Positions 18,995-28,903 of a stretch of 64,000 nt of DNA are shown here, piece by piece. The DNA is taken from assembly GCA_947646115.1 (NCBI GenBank), contig CANSFH010000001.1, positions 15,587 through 79,586 of the forward strand, given 5' to 3'. The translations under genes and the position numbers were made by a program. The stretch is from an uncultured Mycoplasma sp. (GTDB lineage Bacteria; Bacillota_I; Bacilli_A; RF39; UBA660). The stretch's first letter is position 1. Each line of letters begins with the position of its first letter. The notes beneath the pieces are model-generated. The model was not told the origin of the DNA and ran no database searches. It saw only the letters and a list, made by a program, of their open reading frames with translations.

Positions 18995-19509
18995 CCGTGC
19001 GCTTGTTCTTCTTCTAATGGTAATTTTTTTTCTAATATTTCAACACTGATAGTTCCATTTGGAGCTTGATAGCTTTGCGTTGAACCGATTTGTTTATGAT
19101 AAATTGCTGAACCTAGTGGGCTTGAAATACTTACTTTATCATCGCCATCTGTTTGCTTTAAATAATCTACTAGTGTAAATTCTTTTAATAATTTTGCGTT
19201 ATTTACACTAAGAGCTACTTTTAAAGTATCTCCTATCTCTACAATATCTTGAGCACTTTCCGTAACAGTTGACTCCGGAATTAGTTCAATTCTAGATAAA
19301 GTATCAATTAGTCCTTGGATTCTGCTTAATATAACTCTTTCTGCATTGGCTTGTCCTAAAGATGTAGTTGTAGTATCATGAACTGGAACAGCATGTCTTC
19401 CTTTAAGTAGTTCAAAATATGCACTTCTAGCTTCGTCCAATTCTCTTTCTACTGTTGCTTTGCCATTTGGGGTCATTAGTATTTTTTCATTTGGGTTTTC
19501 TTTGTACAT
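18985..19509 (-). CDS. GreA/GreB-family paralog lacking the acidic coiled-coil tip
   Basis: 174 aa. Gre-like N-terminal coiled coil (LMTPNGKATVERELDEA...) and a C-terminal domain (VSISSPLGSAIYHKQIGSTQSY..PNGTISVEILE). The tip region reads HAVPVHDTTTTSLGQANAE instead of the D-x-x-E-N acidic motif. Confidence 0.65.
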   Translation of the reverse strand: MYKENPNEKILMTPNGKATVERELDEARSAYFELLKGRHAVPVHDTTTTSLGQANAERVILSRIQGLIDTLSRIELIPESTVTESAQDIVEIGDTLKVALSVNNAKLLKEFTLVDYLKQTDGDDKVSISSPLGSAIYHKQIGSTQSYQAPNGTISVEILEKKLPLEEEQAHGRV

Positions 19510-19569
19510 TTTGTCACTTCTCCTTTTTTTCTTATTTATTATAATTAAAATTTTGTTTTTGTCAACAAA

Positions 19570-19597
19570 AATATAAAAAGCATCATTTTAGATGCTT
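19570..19597 (-). terminator. rho-independent terminator after dnaJ
   Basis: AAGCATC/GATGCTT stem with a 6-nt loop and a U-rich tail on the minus strand. Overlaps the stop codon. Confidence 0.6.
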
Positions 19598-20720
19598 AAA
19601 GATATTTATTAAAATTTTTAAATTCACTATTATCAGCTAAATCAGTTGAGGCAAGTTCTTTGATAAGTTTTTTTTGACTCATTGTTAATTTAGTTGGAAT
19701 TACGACATTATATATTACATACATATTTCCGCGGCCTATTGAATTAACACGTTTTACACCTTTACCTTTTAATTTAACTTTTTCATTAGATTGAGTTCCT
19801 GGTTTAACTTCTAAAATAACATTACCAGTTAAAGTTGGAATTTCCTTTTTACATCCTAAAATGGCTTCAGTGATTGTAAGAGGTACTTGTAAATAAATAT
19901 CTTCTTCATCACGTTCAAATAATTCATGTTCTTTAACTTTAAATTCTAAATAAATATCACCGTTAGGACCACCATTATAACCTGCTGAACCTTTACCACT
20001 TATTCGTAATTGGTAACCGGTATCAATGCCTTCGGGAATAGTAACTTCAATATCTTTTTTCTTACGGACATTTCCTCTTCCGTTACATTCATTACATGTT
20101 TCTTCATAAGTAGTTCCTGTACCACCACAAACGTTACATGTTGTTTGAGTTTGGAATACTCCAAAAAGTGATCTTTGTTCACTAATTATACGCCCACTTC
20201 CGCTACAATTAGAACATTTTTTTTCTTTAAAACCACCATTACCATTACATTTACTACATTTTTCATTTAATTCTAAATTGATTGTCTTTTTGCAGCCAAA
20301 AATAGCTTCTTCAAAACTTAAATTCACGGTTATTAAACTGTCTTCACCTTTGCGAGGTCTTTTAGATGTAGTTCTTCTATCGCCACCAAAGTTTGAAAAA
20401 CCACTAAAATTAGAGAATCCTCCACCAAAGATGTCATTGATTATATCATTTAAATCAATATCTTCAGCACTAAATCCACTATAATTAGCTCCACCATTAT
20501 TTGTAAATGCTTGATGACCAAATTGATCATATTGGCGTCTTTTAGTAGGGTCTGATAATATTGCATAAGCCTCACCAATTTCTTTGAATTTAGCTTCATC
20601 GCCAGTTTGCTTATTATCGGGATGATAAGTTTTAGCTAGTTTACGAAAGGAACGTTTTATTTCTTCATCAGTAGCAGTTTTAGATACTCCTAGAACCTCA
20701 TAATAATCTTTTTTATTCAT
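19596..20720 (-). CDS. dnaJ: molecular chaperone DnaJ
   Basis: 374 aa with a J domain (DYYEVLGV...HPD), a G/F region, and four CxxCxGxG zinc motifs. Confidence 0.92.
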   Translation of the reverse strand: MNKKDYYEVLGVSKTATDEEIKRSFRKLAKTYHPDNKQTGDEAKFKEIGEAYAILSDPTKRRQYDQFGHQAFTNNGGANYSGFSAEDIDLNDIINDIFGGGFSNFSGFSNFGGDRRTTSKRPRKGEDSLITVNLSFEEAIFGCKKTINLELNEKCSKCNGNGGFKEKKCSNCSGSGRIISEQRSLFGVFQTQTTCNVCGGTGTTYEETCNECNGRGNVRKKKDIEVTIPEGIDTGYQLRISGKGSAGYNGGPNGDIYLEFKVKEHELFERDEEDIYLQVPLTITEAILGCKKEIPTLTGNVILEVKPGTQSNEKVKLKGKGVKRVNSIGRGNMYVIYNVVIPTKLTMSQKKLIKELASTDLADNSEFKNFNKYL

Positions 20721-22524
20721 TTAAATCACCTACATTTGTTAATTCTTTTAATTTATTTAATAAGTTTTTGAAATAGTCAAACAATTCATCATATATTTTA
20801 GAATTTGTTAAGTCAATACCATATTTCATTAGAATATCATTTGGAAATTTATCGCTAGGAGATGCTAAAAATTCATTATACATATTCAAAATATCATTAT
20901 CTCCTTTTAATATTTTAGAAGCAAAATAAACAGCTCCACAAATACAAGTTGCATATTTATATAAATACCAAGGACTAAAGTAATGACTTCTAGCAGTCCA
21001 CATATATTTAAAATATTTATCATGAGCTAGGCTAGGACCATAATATTTTTTAATTAATTCAGTCATTATATCATTTAAATCGTTGCTAGTTAGCGCTTCA
21101 TCTTGATCTAGACGCGCATAAACAATATTTTCAAGTTCATTTTCCATGATTGCAGTATAGAAGTTAGAACAGATAGTTTTTAACATTTTATTTATGACAT
21201 TAATCTTTTCTTCTTTAGAAAAATTACCATTAATAACATATTCTGTTAGTAATACTTCATTTAAAAGTGAAGGAATTTCTGTAATATAAAGAGGAAAGCT
21301 AGAATATTCTATACTATTATTTTTAAAACTTAAAACCGCGCGAGTAGCATGGCCCATTTCGTGAGCGATAGTTGATATACTATCAAATAAACTATTATAA
21401 CTCATTAATATATTTGGTGTATAGCCATAAAGACTACAACAATAGCCTCCGCTTTGTTTGCCTTTATAAGAAGTATAGTCTATCCAATGTTCTTTAAAAC
21501 CTTGTTTAATTATTTCAGAATATTTTGGGCCTAAAATTTTAGTAGCTTCATAAACATATTTTTCTGCTTCTTCGATTGTGTATCTTTTTTCATTATCGGT
21601 CACCGGTGCATTTAAATCATAAGGTTTTAAATTATCAATCCCTAATATTTTTTGATATGTGTGATAATATTCTTTAAAAAGTGGTAACCCTTTATTCATG
21701 TTTTTTAGCAATGATTCATGAACTTCTAAAGGCACAGAATCTCTTTTAAAATCCATTTCTTTAGTGCTTTTATATCCTCTAATACGAGATATACTTGCGT
21801 GACGGCTCATAAAAGCTAAAAGATTTTTACCCAGAATATTGGAGAATTCCGCTCTTTTTTTATTCATTTTTAAATAAGCACTTTTTCTAATATTACGATT
21901 TCTAGAAGAAGCAAATAAACGATAATTTCCAGTATTAAGTGATACTAATTCCCCATTCTCATTTTTTACTTTTCCATAATCAAGATTGCTATTTAAAATA
22001 GTACAAGAAATATTTTCATAATGATCCATATCTTTAGTTAGAATGCTAATTGTTTTTTCTGTTTCTTCATCTTTAATATGAGCTTTTTCTTCAGCTAGAA
22101 CTTCTAAAACATGGCAAAATCTCTCAAGCTTTGGACATTTTTTAATAAGAGTGGCAATATCAAACTCGCTACTATGTAGAATTTCTGGAATCATAAAGGA
22201 TGTAGATTCTTCAAATTTTGCTTCAACACTAGAAATTTCACCTAGCATTTTACTATATTTATCAACACTTAAATCTTCATCTTGATGTAACATAGCATAT
22301 ACATATAAAGCACTTATTTCATTATTTTTTATATAATATTCAGCCAAGATATTATATAAATTATCGCTTTCAAATATTTTTCCTTTATATTTTTCTAAAG
22401 ATAAAACGCCTTCTTTAACTTTTTTTAAAGCCTGATACCAATCTTTATCAGTTTTAAACCATTTGGTTAAATCCCAACGATATTTAACTGGCACTTCATC
22501 TCTTTTATTATAATTATAATCCAT
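20713..22524 (-). CDS. pepF: oligoendopeptidase F (M3B)
   Basis: The ORF track begins at a GTG (22539). The ATG at 22524 ([11 protein letters not shown]) follows a GAAAGGA RBS. HEMGH zinc motif. The 3' end overlaps the dnaJ start by 8 nt. Confidence 0.85.
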   Translation of the reverse strand: MDYNYNKRDEVPVKYRWDLTKWFKTDKDWYQALKKVKEGVLSLEKYKGKIFESDNLYNILAEYYIKNNEISALYVYAMLHQDEDLSVDKYSKMLGEISSVEAKFEESTSFMIPEILHSSEFDIATLIKKCPKLERFCHVLEVLAEEKAHIKDEETEKTISILTKDMDHYENISCTILNSNLDYGKVKNENGELVSLNTGNYRLFASSRNRNIRKSAYLKMNKKRAEFSNILGKNLLAFMSRHASISRIRGYKSTKEMDFKRDSVPLEVHESLLKNMNKGLPLFKEYYHTYQKILGIDNLKPYDLNAPVTDNEKRYTIEEAEKYVYEATKILGPKYSEIIKQGFKEHWIDYTSYKGKQSGGYCCSLYGYTPNILMSYNSLFDSISTIAHEMGHATRAVLSFKNNSIEYSSFPLYITEIPSLLNEVLLTEYVINGNFSKEEKINVINKMLKTICSNFYTAIMENELENIVYARLDQDEALTSNDLNDIMTELIKKYYGPSLAHDKYFKYMWTARSHYFSPWYLYKYATCICGAVYFASKILKGDNDILNMYNEFLASPSDKFPNDILMKYGIDLTNSKIYDELFDYFKNLLNKLKELTNVGDLNE

Positions 22525-22546
22525 GATTATTCCTTTCACTAAGAGA

Positions 22547-22569
22547 AAGTTCTAGCCTTACTAGAACTT
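22547..22569 (-). promoter_or_regulatory. hairpin between dnaK and pepF (weak terminator or processing site)
   Basis: 9-bp stem AAGTTCTAG/CTAGAACTT with a 5-nt loop. The T7 run is on the plus-strand side; the minus-strand tail is only UUCUCUU. Confidence 0.4.
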
Positions 22570-22572
22570 TTT

Positions 22573-24405
22573 TTATTTTTCTTCATAATTTGCTTCTGCA
22601 ACATCATCATCTTTTTTGCTTGTTTTAGTTTCTTCAGTTGCTTCAGCCGGAGATTCTGATTGATTATTTTTAGCTGCTTCTTCGTAAACTTTAGTTGCAA
22701 GCTTCATAGCTATTTCATTTAATGCTTCAGTTTTAGATTTGATTTCATCAGCATCAGTACCTTCCATAGCTTTTTTAAGTTCTTCAATTTTTGCTTCAGC
22801 ATCACTCTTATCTTTAGCGTCTACTTTATCACCTAAATCTTTAATAGCTTTTTCAGTAGCAAAAATCATACTATCAGCTTCATTACGAACTTCAGCTTCA
22901 GCTTTACGTTTTTCATCAGCTTCTTTATTAGCTTCTGCCTCTTTCATCATTTTATCAATTTCTTCATCACTTAAGTTAGTTGATGATGTAATTGTGATTG
23001 ATTGTTCTTTATTAGTTCCAAGATCTTTAGCTGTTACATTAACTATACCATTAGCATCAATGTCAAATTTAACTTCAATTTGTGGTATTCCTCTTGGAGC
23101 TGGCGGAATATTAGTAAGTTGGAAGTTACCTAATGTTTTATTATCATAAGCCATTGGTCTTTCACCTTGTAACACATGGATATCAACAGCTGGTTGATTA
23201 TCAGCGGCAGTTGAGAATACTTGGCTCTTACTTGTTGGAATAGTTGTATTTCTTGGAATTAAAACAGTCATAACGTTTCCTAAAGTTTCAAGTCCTAATG
23301 ATAATGGAGTTACATCTAGTAAAACGATATCTTCAACTTCACCAGTTAAAACACCACCTTGGATAGCTGCTCCCATGGCAACAACTTCATCAGGGTTAAC
23401 ACTTTTATTTGGCTCTTGACCTAGTTCTTTCTTAACTAATTCTTGAATGTATGGAATACGAGTTGATCCACCAACTAATATTACTTTATCAATATCTTTA
23501 GCAGTTAATTTAGCGTCTTTAAGAGCTTTACGAACAGAATCCATTGTTGAATCAAATAAGTCACGGCATAAATCTTCAAATTTAGCTTTAGTTAAAGAAG
23601 TTTCAAAATGAACTGGTCCTTCATCATTTTGAGCAATAAATGGTAAACTAATAGATGCAGTAGTCATACCAGATAAATCTTTTTTAGCTTTTTCAGCAGC
23701 ATCTTTAATACGTTGCATAGCCATTTTATCTTTTGATAAATCAATTCCATTTTCGCTTTTAAATTCAGCTACTAAATGATCAATGATACGATTATCGAAG
23801 TCATCGCCGCCTAAACGGTTATTACCAGTAGTAGATTTAACCTCGAATACACCATCACCAAGTTCCATAATAGAAACATCGAATGTTCCTCCACCTAAAT
23901 CATAAACTAAAATAGTTTGCAATTTGTCTTGCTTATCAAGTCCATAAGCTAGAGCGGCAGCAGTTGGTTCATTAATAATTCTTTCGACTTCAAGACCAGC
24001 AATTTTACCTGCATTTTTAGTAGCTTGACGTTCAGCATCGTTAAAATATGCTGGAACTGTTATAACAGCTTTAGTTACTTTTTCACCAAGATAGCTTTCA
24101 GCATCTTTCTTTAATTTTGCCAGGATTTTAGCACTGATTTCTTCAGCAGTATATTTTTTGCCATTGGCTTCAACTTTTTCAGCAGTACCCATTTTTCTTT
24201 TAATAGATGCAATAGTATTTTTAGCGTTTGTTACAGCTTGGTTACGAGCAATTTGCCCTACCATTTCTTCGTCACCTTTAAAGGCAACAACTGATGGAGT
24301 TGTACGAGCGCCTTCAGGGTTAGTTATAACCTTTGGCTCTCCTCCTTCTAATACAGCGACACAACTATTTGTTGTACCTAAATCTATTCCTATAATTTTA
24401 CTCAT
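22573..24405 (-). CDS. dnaK: molecular chaperone DnaK (Hsp70)
   Basis: [18 protein letters not shown]..., [10 protein letters not shown], and an acidic C-terminus. The start is placed at M7 of the tracked ORF (AAAGGA RBS upstream; canonical DnaK N-terminus). Confidence 0.95.
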   Translation of the reverse strand: MSKIIGIDLGTTNSCVAVLEGGEPKVITNPEGARTTPSVVAFKGDEEMVGQIARNQAVTNAKNTIASIKRKMGTAEKVEANGKKYTAEEISAKILAKLKKDAESYLGEKVTKAVITVPAYFNDAERQATKNAGKIAGLEVERIINEPTAAALAYGLDKQDKLQTILVYDLGGGTFDVSIMELGDGVFEVKSTTGNNRLGGDDFDNRIIDHLVAEFKSENGIDLSKDKMAMQRIKDAAEKAKKDLSGMTTASISLPFIAQNDEGPVHFETSLTKAKFEDLCRDLFDSTMDSVRKALKDAKLTAKDIDKVILVGGSTRIPYIQELVKKELGQEPNKSVNPDEVVAMGAAIQGGVLTGEVEDIVLLDVTPLSLGLETLGNVMTVLIPRNTTIPTSKSQVFSTAADNQPAVDIHVLQGERPMAYDNKTLGNFQLTNIPPAPRGIPQIEVKFDIDANGIVNVTAKDLGTNKEQSITITSSTNLSDEEIDKMMKEAEANKEADEKRKAEAEVRNEADSMIFATEKAIKDLGDKVDAKDKSDAEAKIEELKKAMEGTDADEIKSKTEALNEIAMKLATKVYEEAAKNNQSESPAEATEETKTSKKDDDVAEANYEEK

Positions 24406-24473
24406 TTTCATCATTCCTTTCATTTATATATTTATCATTAAGAGTAATTATTATATTTATTATTAAGTTTTAC

Positions 24474-25043
24474 TTATTCCTTTTCACTAACTTTAACCAT
24501 TGCTGGTCTTAATAATTTATCATTGTACATGTAGCCTTTTTGTAAAACATCAAGTACTGTACCTTCTTCTACTTCATTATTAACTTCAGTCATAACACCG
24601 TTCATGATACTAGGATCAAATGGCTTATTTAGAGCGTCTATTTCCGTTATACCTTTAGATTTTAAAATTTCTATTAAATTATCATAAATCATTTTAAAAC
24701 CACTTAAGAATTTATCAGCGCCTTCAATTTTAGTATTAAGAGCACGTTCAAAGTTATCAATAACTGGTAGGATGCGTTCAACTATATCAATACCATCATA
24801 TTTATATGCACTAGCAAGATCAGCATCAAATCTACGACGCATATTTTGCATTTCAGCAGTAATTCTTAAAATCTTTTCTTTTAGTTCTAAATTGGCAATT
24901 TTTAAATCTTCTTTTTCTTTGTCAATTTTTTTCTTTTCTTTTTTCTCTTTTTTACTTTCTTTTTTTATCTCCGCCTCTTCAGGGGATTTTGGTTGGTTTG
25001 TTTCGAAATTTTCTACAACCTCTACTTTTTCTTGTTCTTCCAT
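24474..25043 (-). CDS. grpE: nucleotide exchange factor GrpE
   Basis: 189 aa with a charged N-terminus and a GrpE core (LRITAEMQNMRRR...GYMYNDKLLRPAMVKV). Confidence 0.9.
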   Translation of the reverse strand: MEEQEKVEVVENFETNQPKSPEEAEIKKESKKEKKEKKKIDKEKEDLKIANLELKEKILRITAEMQNMRRRFDADLASAYKYDGIDIVERILPVIDNFERALNTKIEGADKFLSGFKMIYDNLIEILKSKGITEIDALNKPFDPSIMNGVMTEVNNEVEEGTVLDVLQKGYMYNDKLLRPAMVKVSEKE

Positions 25044-26045
25044 TTAATCACCTTTTTCCTCTAACCATTTATTTAGAATATTTAAGACACCAACAACTTT
25101 GTCATATTCCATTCTTTTAGGACCAACAATTGCTATTGTACCTTTTTCACCACCTAATTTATAATTAGTTTTGATCACTGTAACATTGTCATCAAATTCT
25201 GAATCATGACCGATATAAATACTAATATTTTTATCATCATTTTTCTCAATTTTTCTAATTGACTCTTCATCTTCTAATTTAGTAATTAAGCGTTTCATCT
25301 CGGCAGTGTCATTATATTCTGGTTGTTCTAATATTTTAGATTTACCAACTACATGATAATTTTCTTTAGAACTTACGAAATCATTAAATGCATCAAAGAA
25401 TATACTATAAATTGTTTCATATTGCCTTACTTGTTCTTCAATAATTGGTTTTATTTCATATTCAAGTCGCTCTGAAATCATTGATATAGGAGTTCCTATT
25501 AGCATTTTATTAATAATTTCACTGGTCTTCATAACCTCTGTTAAATTAATACCTGTCGAAAGACTAAATTGTTTGTTTTTGACTATACCTTTATCAGTAC
25601 AAACAAGTGCTACGATATGTTCATCGTCAAGTGGAATTATTGATATTTGTTTTAAAGCATTTTCATTAGATTCTTTTCCTAAAGAGATGCTTGTATAATT
25701 AGTAATATCACTAATTATTTCTAAACACTCTCTTATAGCATCACTAACTATCAAATCTTTATTAGCAAAAATTGTTTGAAGCTTTAACATGTCTTCGCCT
25801 GTAAGTTCTTTAGGCTCCATTAAGTTTTCAACATAATACTTATAACCAAGCTCACTTGGTATTCTACCACTTGATATGTGATTTTTTTCGATATAGCCTA
25901 ATTTTTCTAGGATAGCCATTTCATTTCTAATTGTAGCACTAGAACAATTAAACTTATCACATAAATGTTTTGAACCAATAGGTTTAGCTTCTTTTATATA
26001 ACCTTCAACTATTTCTTTTAAAATGTCTTTTTGTCTTTCGTCCAT
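25044..26045 (-). CDS. hrcA: heat-inducible transcription repressor HrcA
   Basis: 333 aa starting MDERQKDILKEIVEGYIKEAKPIGSKHL. First gene of the dnaK operon, with a CIRCE element upstream. Confidence 0.9.
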   Translation of the reverse strand: MDERQKDILKEIVEGYIKEAKPIGSKHLCDKFNCSSATIRNEMAILEKLGYIEKNHISSGRIPSELGYKYYVENLMEPKELTGEDMLKLQTIFANKDLIVSDAIRECLEIISDITNYTSISLGKESNENALKQISIIPLDDEHIVALVCTDKGIVKNKQFSLSTGINLTEVMKTSEIINKMLIGTPISMISERLEYEIKPIIEEQVRQYETIYSIFFDAFNDFVSSKENYHVVGKSKILEQPEYNDTAEMKRLITKLEDEESIRKIEKNDDKNISIYIGHDSEFDDNVTVIKTNYKLGGEKGTIAIVGPKRMEYDKVVGVLNILNKWLEEKGD

Positions 26046-26058
26046 ATAATCACCTATA

Positions 26059-26085
26059 TTAGCACTCTTTTTTCTTTAGTGCTAA
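26059..26085 (-). promoter_or_regulatory. CIRCE operator (HrcA binding site)
   Basis: TTAGCACTC-N9-TAGTGCTAA, one mismatch to the consensus TTAGCACTC-N9-GAGTGCTAA. It starts 5 nt downstream of the -10 box. Confidence 0.85.
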
Positions 26086-26089
26086 ATAC

Positions 26090-26118
26090 ATTATAATATT
26101 ATGCCTAGCACTTGTCAA
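26090..26118 (-). promoter_or_regulatory. sigma-A promoter of the hrcA-grpE-dnaK operon
   Basis: Minus strand: TTGACA (26113-26118), 17-nt spacer, TATAAT (26090-26095). Confidence 0.75.
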
Positions 26119-26175
26119 TATATAACTGCTAATTTTGAAATTTTTAAAAAAATTATGTAAAAAAATGTAGATTAA

Positions 26176-27477
26176 TTAATAATCTACATATTCAGTGTTA
26201 TTATTTTTTAAGACTAAGGTCATAACTTCCTCTTTTGTTTCCTCAGATTGACTAACAATATTTTGTTCTTTCATTCGAACTAAATATTTATTACCACCAC
26301 TAACAAATTGTTCATATTTTTTAACATCAACCCATGAACCTCTAAATTCTAAATAATCATGCATGGAAAGCTTGCTATAAAAAGCATCAATAGCTGCTTG
26401 GTAGCCTGGTAAATCTATACGTCCTAAAAAATCTAAATAAGTTTCATTGTCATAAACTTCAAATTGGTTAGGAGCAACAAATTGAGTATAATAATTAACA
26501 GTATGAGAATTAATATACGGAATATAATTAGTACGGTTTAAAAAGACACTAGCAACGGCATAAGCATCTATATAACATGTACCCCCCCCCCGAGCTTCTG
26601 CAACACATCCGGCGCAAACTGCATCAAGTTCATTATAGCAATAACCATCTCTAGCCATTATGATAAGCATCATATCCTCATAAGTGCGGTATTCACTTTC
26701 ATACAAATAATCAAGTGCTTCTTCACACGAATTAAAAGCTTTAACAAAAGGACTATTACCTATAAGCATTAAATCAAGTAAAGTATATAACTTTTCCATG
26801 GTTAAATTTTCTTTATCCATAACCGCTTGCTCTTTTTCGAAAGTTGTGATTAAATTTTCAGAGTAAGTATTATCACTTTCAAGAAGTTGAGTTTCTGTTT
26901 CGCTTTCTATAGAAGGTAGTACATCAAGAAATTCAATATCTTCTTCAAGAACATGTAGAGGTAGAGATAAAGTAGTATCTTCAAATGGAATTACAGTTTT
27001 CTCATATGAAGGGTCTAAAAAGAATTCACTTGAAGATTTAACACTTGCACTGTTAACTGTAATTACTGCCGATAAAGCTACACAAATATTTCTTTTCTCT
27101 TGTTTTATTAATTTAGCTATTTTTAACAAATAATTTTTGGCGTTCTTTAAAACACTATTTAGAGAAATACTTTTTGTTTGATTAATCATATTAAATAGTT
27201 TATTTACCGTAGTACTTATAAAGTTTTTAAAAGTTTTTTTCTTTATTTTTGCCTTTTGAATCTTATCATTTACTAAAGTTATTATTTCTTTTTTAGCTTT
27301 ATTTATATATTCTAATAATTCTACTTTAGTAAATTGAGTTATAGTTTCTTCTTCAGATGAATTAAAAAAATCAATAAATCTTTCATTAAGTATATTTTTT
27401 CTTTCATTCTTAATGATTTGTTTTTTCATTTTTCTTAACATAGCTTTTTTACGTTTAGCTGTTGTTTTCTTTTTCAT
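26176..27477 (-). CDS. protein with C-terminal SleB/CwlJ-like cell-wall hydrolase domain
   Basis: 433 aa. Strongly basic N-terminus (MKKKTTAKRKKAMLRKMKK). The C-terminal part (CVAEARGGGT...AVASVFLNRT...FVAPNQFEVY) resembles the Hydrolase_2 EARGE...NR...QF pattern. Confidence 0.55.
   Translation of the reverse strand: MKKKTTAKRKKAMLRKMKKQIIKNERKNILNERFIDFFNSSEEETITQFTKVELLEYINKAKKEIITLVNDKIQKAKIKKKTFKNFISTTVNKLFNMINQTKSISLNSVLKNAKNYLLKIAKLIKQEKRNICVALSAVITVNSASVKSSSEFFLDPSYEKTVIPFEDTTLSLPLHVLEEDIEFLDVLPSIESETETQLLESDNTYSENLITTFEKEQAVMDKENLTMEKLYTLLDLMLIGNSPFVKAFNSCEEALDYLYESEYRTYEDMMLIIMARDGYCYNELDAVCAGCVAEARGGGTCYIDAYAVASVFLNRTNYIPYINSHTVNYYTQFVAPNQFEVYDNETYLDFLGRIDLPGYQAAIDAFYSKLSMHDYLEFRGSWVDVKKYEQFVSGGNKYLVRMKEQNIVSQSEETKEEVMTLVLKNNNTEYVDY
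26582..26591 (-). repeat. homopolymer: C10 on plus strand = G10 in the coding strand
   Basis: Read directly: a-cccccccccc-gagc. It encodes the R-G-G-G of AEARGGGT as CGG GGG GGG GGT. Confidence 0.9.
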
Positions 27478-27553
27478 TTTTAAAACTCCTTTTCTTTTAA
27501 AATAGATTTAAATAAAATTTTATTAGTAATTTTAAAGATTGTTTTTTTAAAAA

Positions 27554-28789
27554 TTATCTTGCTGGTTCTTCAGGTTTTAAAGCACTATAAATATCTGCTA
27601 ATTCGGAAGTATTTATAAATACTTTGTGGCTTATAGATTCTGGCATATTTTTTTCGTTTAATAAGTCAGATAATGGTTTAAGAGGACTTTCAAAAAAGTC
27701 ATATTCTGTTAAGTAAAAACTGCGATTATAACTATAATAATCAGGATATTGATATAAAAATTCGCCTGATTCTCTATCTAATGTAAAGTATCCATCACCA
27801 TTAAATATATCTTGATATAAAAATTCGGAAGTATTGAAAACGTTAGGCCCAATATAATCTAAAAAATAATATGGGGCATATCCTTCTGTATGATAATAAT
27901 TTTTACAAGATGTCATGTCCATAACCAAGACATTCGACATTTTTGTTTTACCATCTTCTTGATAACCAGCAATTTTTTTATTTACAGCAAGTTTTGCTCT
28001 TTCTAAATCTTCAGGTAGATATTCAGAAGCTATATAACTTGGCAATCCTATATTTTCTAAAAATCTATTTAAGGAAACTATTGAAATATTTAAATCATAA
28101 ACAGAGATTAGTCCATATGGTGTGGTATAAGCGACTACTCTATTGTTAGAATCAGCTATAATAACGCCAAATGGGGTTTCGTATACATTATAATTGCCAT
28201 AAGTGTTTGAATATCTCATGTTTACGTATAAGGCATCATAATCATTAATCATGCCTGTAGTAGCTTTAGAATTATCTAATATAAATAATTCATTGCTATC
28301 ATATATAGGTGTTAAAGGTACGTGTTCATTATCTCCATTTATATTTCTCGCAAGATGACTACTATCGCCAGTTATAGTTTGTAATAATAACGCCATTACT
28401 ACAGAATCACTTTTATCGCTTAAATAACATTTAATAAACTCTTTAGTTTTTTTATCATAAAGTTCGCTTTTTTCTAATAACGCGTAGGCTTTTTCTTTAG
28501 AAATTAAAGAAGCATAGGATTCTGCCTTTTTCGTTAAACTTTCTATTTCAGCTTCTTTTCTATTTAATTCTTCCTTTAATTGTTCTATTTCATCAGAAAG
28601 TCGCTCGTTTTCTAATTCATAATCACTTATACGAGCATCAGTTTCTTTTTTAGCATTACTTATAGCGATATATGATTCATATAGTTCATCATTTTTTCCT
28701 TCTTTACTACCATTACAAGCAGTTAAAGAAACAGCTAGAGAAGCGACAACAGCTAAAGATTCTAAACGTTGTAAAGTATACTTTTTCAT
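27554..28789 (-). CDS. lipoprotein with N-terminal coiled coil, unknown function
   Basis: The start is placed at the ATG at 28789 (MKKYTLQRLESLAVVASLAVSLTAC, lipobox LTAC) after an AGGGGGA RBS. Coiled-coil segment ELENERLSDEIEQLKEELNRKEAEIESL. Confidence 0.6.
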   Translation of the reverse strand: MKKYTLQRLESLAVVASLAVSLTACNGSKEGKNDELYESYIAISNAKKETDARISDYELENERLSDEIEQLKEELNRKEAEIESLTKKAESYASLISKEKAYALLEKSELYDKKTKEFIKCYLSDKSDSVVMALLLQTITGDSSHLARNINGDNEHVPLTPIYDSNELFILDNSKATTGMINDYDALYVNMRYSNTYGNYNVYETPFGVIIADSNNRVVAYTTPYGLISVYDLNISIVSLNRFLENIGLPSYIASEYLPEDLERAKLAVNKKIAGYQEDGKTKMSNVLVMDMTSCKNYYHTEGYAPYYFLDYIGPNVFNTSEFLYQDIFNGDGYFTLDRESGEFLYQYPDYYSYNRSFYLTEYDFFESPLKPLSDLLNEKNMPESISHKVFINTSELADIYSALKPEEPAR

Positions 28790-28822
28790 CTTAATTTCCC
28801 CCTTTAAAAATAACATTATAGA

Positions 28823-28851
28823 ATTATATATAATTATAACTAATTTGTCAA
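28823..28851 (-). promoter_or_regulatory. sigma-A promoter of the lipoprotein gene
   Basis: Minus strand: TTGACA (28846-28851), 17-nt spacer, TATAAT (28823-28828). Confidence 0.65.
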
Positions 28852-28903
28852 GAATAAAAATTTATTACTAATAAGACTTAATATATAGAAAATTGTTATT
28901 AGA

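Noticed and set aside
22547-22569. The dnaK-pepF hairpin as a plus-strand terminator (its T7 run is on the plus side)
   Set aside because: No plus-strand gene lies upstream for it to terminate. It is more plausibly a weak attenuator or processing or stability element of the minus-strand operon.
22739-23149. 136-aa plus-strand ORF, with others at 24158..24466 and 24772..25047, antisense to dnaK and grpE
   Set aside because: They lie entirely inside strongly supported chaperone genes. Their translations are low-complexity Ser/Leu/Ala strings, typical of the mirror frame of Lys/Glu/Ala-rich proteins. No RBS.
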